This document shows positions 61,146 to 64,000 of a stretch of 64,000 bases of DNA, piece after piece. This DNA is from Adineta vaga. Lineage: Eukaryota > Animalia > Rotifera. Below the pieces are notes generated by a model, which was given only the letters and a program-made list of their open reading frames with translations, had not been told where the DNA came from and ran no database searches. The translations under genes and the position numbers were made by a program. Numbering within the stretch: the stretch's first letter is position 1; each line of letters begins with the position of its first letter. The stretch lies in the NCBI GenBank assembly GCA_021613535.1, contig CP075494.1:3410001-3474000 (forward strand), in the 5' to 3' direction.

Positions 61146-62105
61146 TCATTTTCTCACATTATTAGCTATATGCGAAGGTCCGACGATATTGTGTGGTGGT
61201 CTCTGTAATTTGAATAATTTCTTTATCCATTTTCTCAGTTCAGGAATTACTCCAATACATACCAATGGCATCAAGAGACATACGAGATACAGAAGATCGA
61301 CGACATACTTTGATTGAATTTCAGCAGCTAATTCTGATGCATGTATATGTTCAATCACCGCAATCACTGTGATTGGTACCCATGCGATGAAATATAAAGA
61401 GGCGATGCTAAATAATTGTAGGGTCATGCGTCTCTGCTTTCGCCATGTGATTACTTGTTGTAGACGACGTTTCTGATGGATGACACGTATGATAAGTACA
61501 AGATTGGCTAGAATAATAATCACTATTGGTATACCGTTATGTAATGCCCAATCAAACGTTGCTAACATGCTATCGTTTTTAAGATAACAATTAGCGTAAC
61601 CGCATAATACCAATGAGAAATCCCAATATATTCCATCGCAATAGTAAATGACAACAAGGCTGAAATAGAGAATCGTTGGATAAGCAACGCCGAATAGTAG
61701 AGGAACGTAGTGATATAGAATACGTTTTATTCGAATATGTAATAAATTACCATTTAGTATGAAAATATGACGTTGAACGGAAATAATAGCCATCAAAATT
61801 TCGCTAGAAACATTGAGAGTGTACTCGAAGAATGTCCAAAAAGTACAATAGGCTGCTGATGCTGGACTTACACGACTAAGATGATAGAAATGAATGGTCA
61901 TTGGTAAGACACATGATGCTACTAAGAAATTGACGAGTAACAAGAGGACTAGACCCTGATTCTTCAGAATTTTAAGCTGAAGACGATGTGTAATGAAGAA
62001 TGTAAAGATGAGAAGATAGAGTAGGATCGATGGGATTTGTAGAAAGAGTAATAAATAAAACTTAACACGATGAAGAACAATTTGACTATCATCCGGTATG
62101 TTCAT
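61146..62105 (-). CDS. Rhodopsin-like GPCR
   Basis: Seven hydrophobic segments, a TM3 Cys, ISVQRH (DRY-like), and WRKQRRMTLQL..I..LY...W.P in TM6. Confidence 0.82.
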   Translation of the reverse strand: MNIPDDSQIVLHRVKFYLLLFLQIPSILLYLLIFTFFITHRLQLKILKNQGLVLLLLVNFLVASCVLPMTIHFYHLSRVSPASAAYCTFWTFFEYTLNVSSEILMAIISVQRHIFILNGNLLHIRIKRILYHYVPLLFGVAYPTILYFSLVVIYYCDGIYWDFSLVLCGYANCYLKNDSMLATFDWALHNGIPIVIIILANLVLIIRVIHQKRRLQQVITWRKQRRMTLQLFSIASLYFIAWVPITVIAVIEHIHASELAAEIQSKYVVDLLYLVCLLMPLVCIGVIPELRKWIKKLFKLQRPPHNIVGPSHIANNVRK

Positions 62106-63599
62106 TTTTTACTAACGACAAATGTAATGGAATTAACTGTTAGTCGTCTTTCTTGAAGAAATACAACACTACGGAATAGTATGTTTCTTTTCTTTATTAA
62201 TAACTCTTTAGAAATGAAACGAAGAAAAGAGTTTTATACGCATCAAATCCTCCATGAGAGAATAGAACAAACTATTCAGATAAGACGATCTTTTAATTAA
62301 AAAGTATATATTATTATAGAGCAAGAGAAAATAAATGTTGTAGACATGATTCCAGGCAGAAAAGGCTATATAGTTTTACGCCTTCTATATATCTTACAAA
62401 AAGCATACCTTTTCATTCGTAAACACGCCGGTAAATATAACTTTATTCCGAAAAATGATAGGTCCTTCAATACTTCAAAACCGATCTTTCTCTCAAAAAC
62501 GTATGCAAGAATTTACTATCTTTTTTACGAACGAAATGAACATGTTTTTCTTGTACTAATTTTCTCTGTCTGAGCAATCGAACTATTCAAGATAGCAATA
62601 TTTCACAATGATTGTTGCTCGTTTCGAAGATTTGTAATACGAAAGTAATTGTCTCAATAAAAAAAAAGTCAAATAATAGAGACTTACATAGAATTTCTCA
62701 AAATTTTCAATCCAGCAAAAGAAAAACAAGAAATAAAACGAAAACTCATGAAGCATTATTTATGTCATGTCGAGCATGAGACTTCATGGAAAAAAATGAT
62801 TACATTATCGATTATGACGCATTTTAGATAGAAATAGTGCAATTATATCGAATGCATGAGAATACATGATTAAGAGGTCACATATCGTTTCGTTATAGTT
62901 GAAGAAAGAAATGCCGTAAGTATTATTCATTATGTTTTGTTTATATTTTATTTAATAAAGAACGGTAAAGTAGTACTTAAGAATAAACTAGATTCAATAG
63001 TACAGATATACACTATAAATTCAAAGCGTTTGAGTTCGAACACTGTGAGTGTGTGGGGAGAGGAAACATATTCTCAATGACACTTCTGACAAGATATCCA
63101 TGTTTTAATATCATTCAATAAATGATATAGGAATGAATACTTTGTTGAAAAATCAATCTTTATTATATTTGCTTTTTTCACTTTGATTATTATAAAGCAG
63201 TGTCGACGTTGATAATGATCTGTCAAGATAATAAAAACTAAAGTGCATAGAAAATATGAAAATAGCAAAAACATTACTTTATTCTTCAGTTTCTATTTTT
63301 TAGCGTATGATCGTGATGGTTGTCAAAAATATTAATTTCAGCACATCGAATCAGCCATAAAAGAAACACAGTTAACCAAATAGTAAGCTTTTGAATTTCT
63401 CCTTGTCTGAACGATATATGTAGGATCGTTTGCGTTAACCTCGATGAATATAAACTTTTTATCGAATCGTGTCTTTTCCATAATCTACAATTCATCTTAT
63501 AACAAAACTTTCGTTGGATATGACTATCGTAAAGGTTCAATAAGAACGAAACCACCGAATCCATTTACAGCACGGTATATTGATCTATTATGTTATTGT

Positions 63600-63903
63600 G
63601 AAATTGTTCAAATGCTCCTGTATAGATACTCATTTTTTCGAGATAAGAAAACAATAATTGCGTGTATTATCATATGATTGTATACTAACAATTATTCCAA
63701 TAATTGTTATCAAGACGAAGCAGAAAGATTCACCGACACGAACAACAATAGAATAGCAATCACAAACAACGACACGAACATCGAAGACAACGCTATTATC
63801 AACAACGGCAGCATTATTATTCTCGACAACATCAAGAACGATGACAACTGCGTCAACTTCAATAACAACTTTATCACATACGACGACAACACGAGAAACA
63901 CCG
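63600..63903 (+). pseudogene. Degenerate exon encoding a TM helix plus Thr-rich stalk
   Basis: One frame reads ILTIIPIIVIKTKQKDSPTRTTIE*QSQTTTRTSKTTLLSTTAA...TTTTRETP, with an in-frame TAG and a GT donor near 63904. Confidence 0.4.
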
Positions 63904-64000
63904 GTAGATAAACTTTTATAGAGAAAAATATTTCCATAGTATTCATATGAATTAAAAACAGATTTTCTTATAATCTACTTAATTAAATTAGGTATCTATT

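Noticed and set aside
63678-63911. Asn-rich 77-aa ORF
   Set aside because: It is an off-frame reading of ACA-rich Thr-stalk codons.

Overview
AT-rich eukaryotic genomic DNA with short (~50-70 nt) GT-AG introns. Gene content, TGTGGG/TGAGGG-like repeats and several foreign-looking genes suggest a bdelloid rotifer; this is inferred, not proven. In order along the window: (1) A decayed, spliced RNAi-type RNA-dependent RNA polymerase gene (-). It sits head-to-head with an intact, intronless 2207-aa gene (+) combining RRM-like, 8x CCCH zinc finger, DEAH helicase, RING-IBR, PARP-like ADP-ribosyltransferase and 2x WWE domains. This is the strongest candidate for a novel RNA-sensing/defence system. 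(2) A near full-length jockey/I-group LINE with an intact ORF1 and a dead ORF2. (3) An EGF-7TM receptor. (4) A 3.4-kb Sola-like DNA transposon nested next to a MULE relic. (5) A ~19-kb secreted mosaic gene with ~30 one-exon-per-domain EGF modules and four symmetric exons encoding a Bacteroidetes-like beta-sandwich domain. (6) A decayed glutamate-receptor gene. (7) A 50-61 kb cluster: WWE-ART, fungal-like MFS transporter, PhoD-like phosphatase, LicD protein and a bacterial-like 645-aa protein. (8) A GPCR. Short hairpin elements with telomere-repeat-like arms recur throughout. All family calls come from motif recognition by eye; no database search was run.
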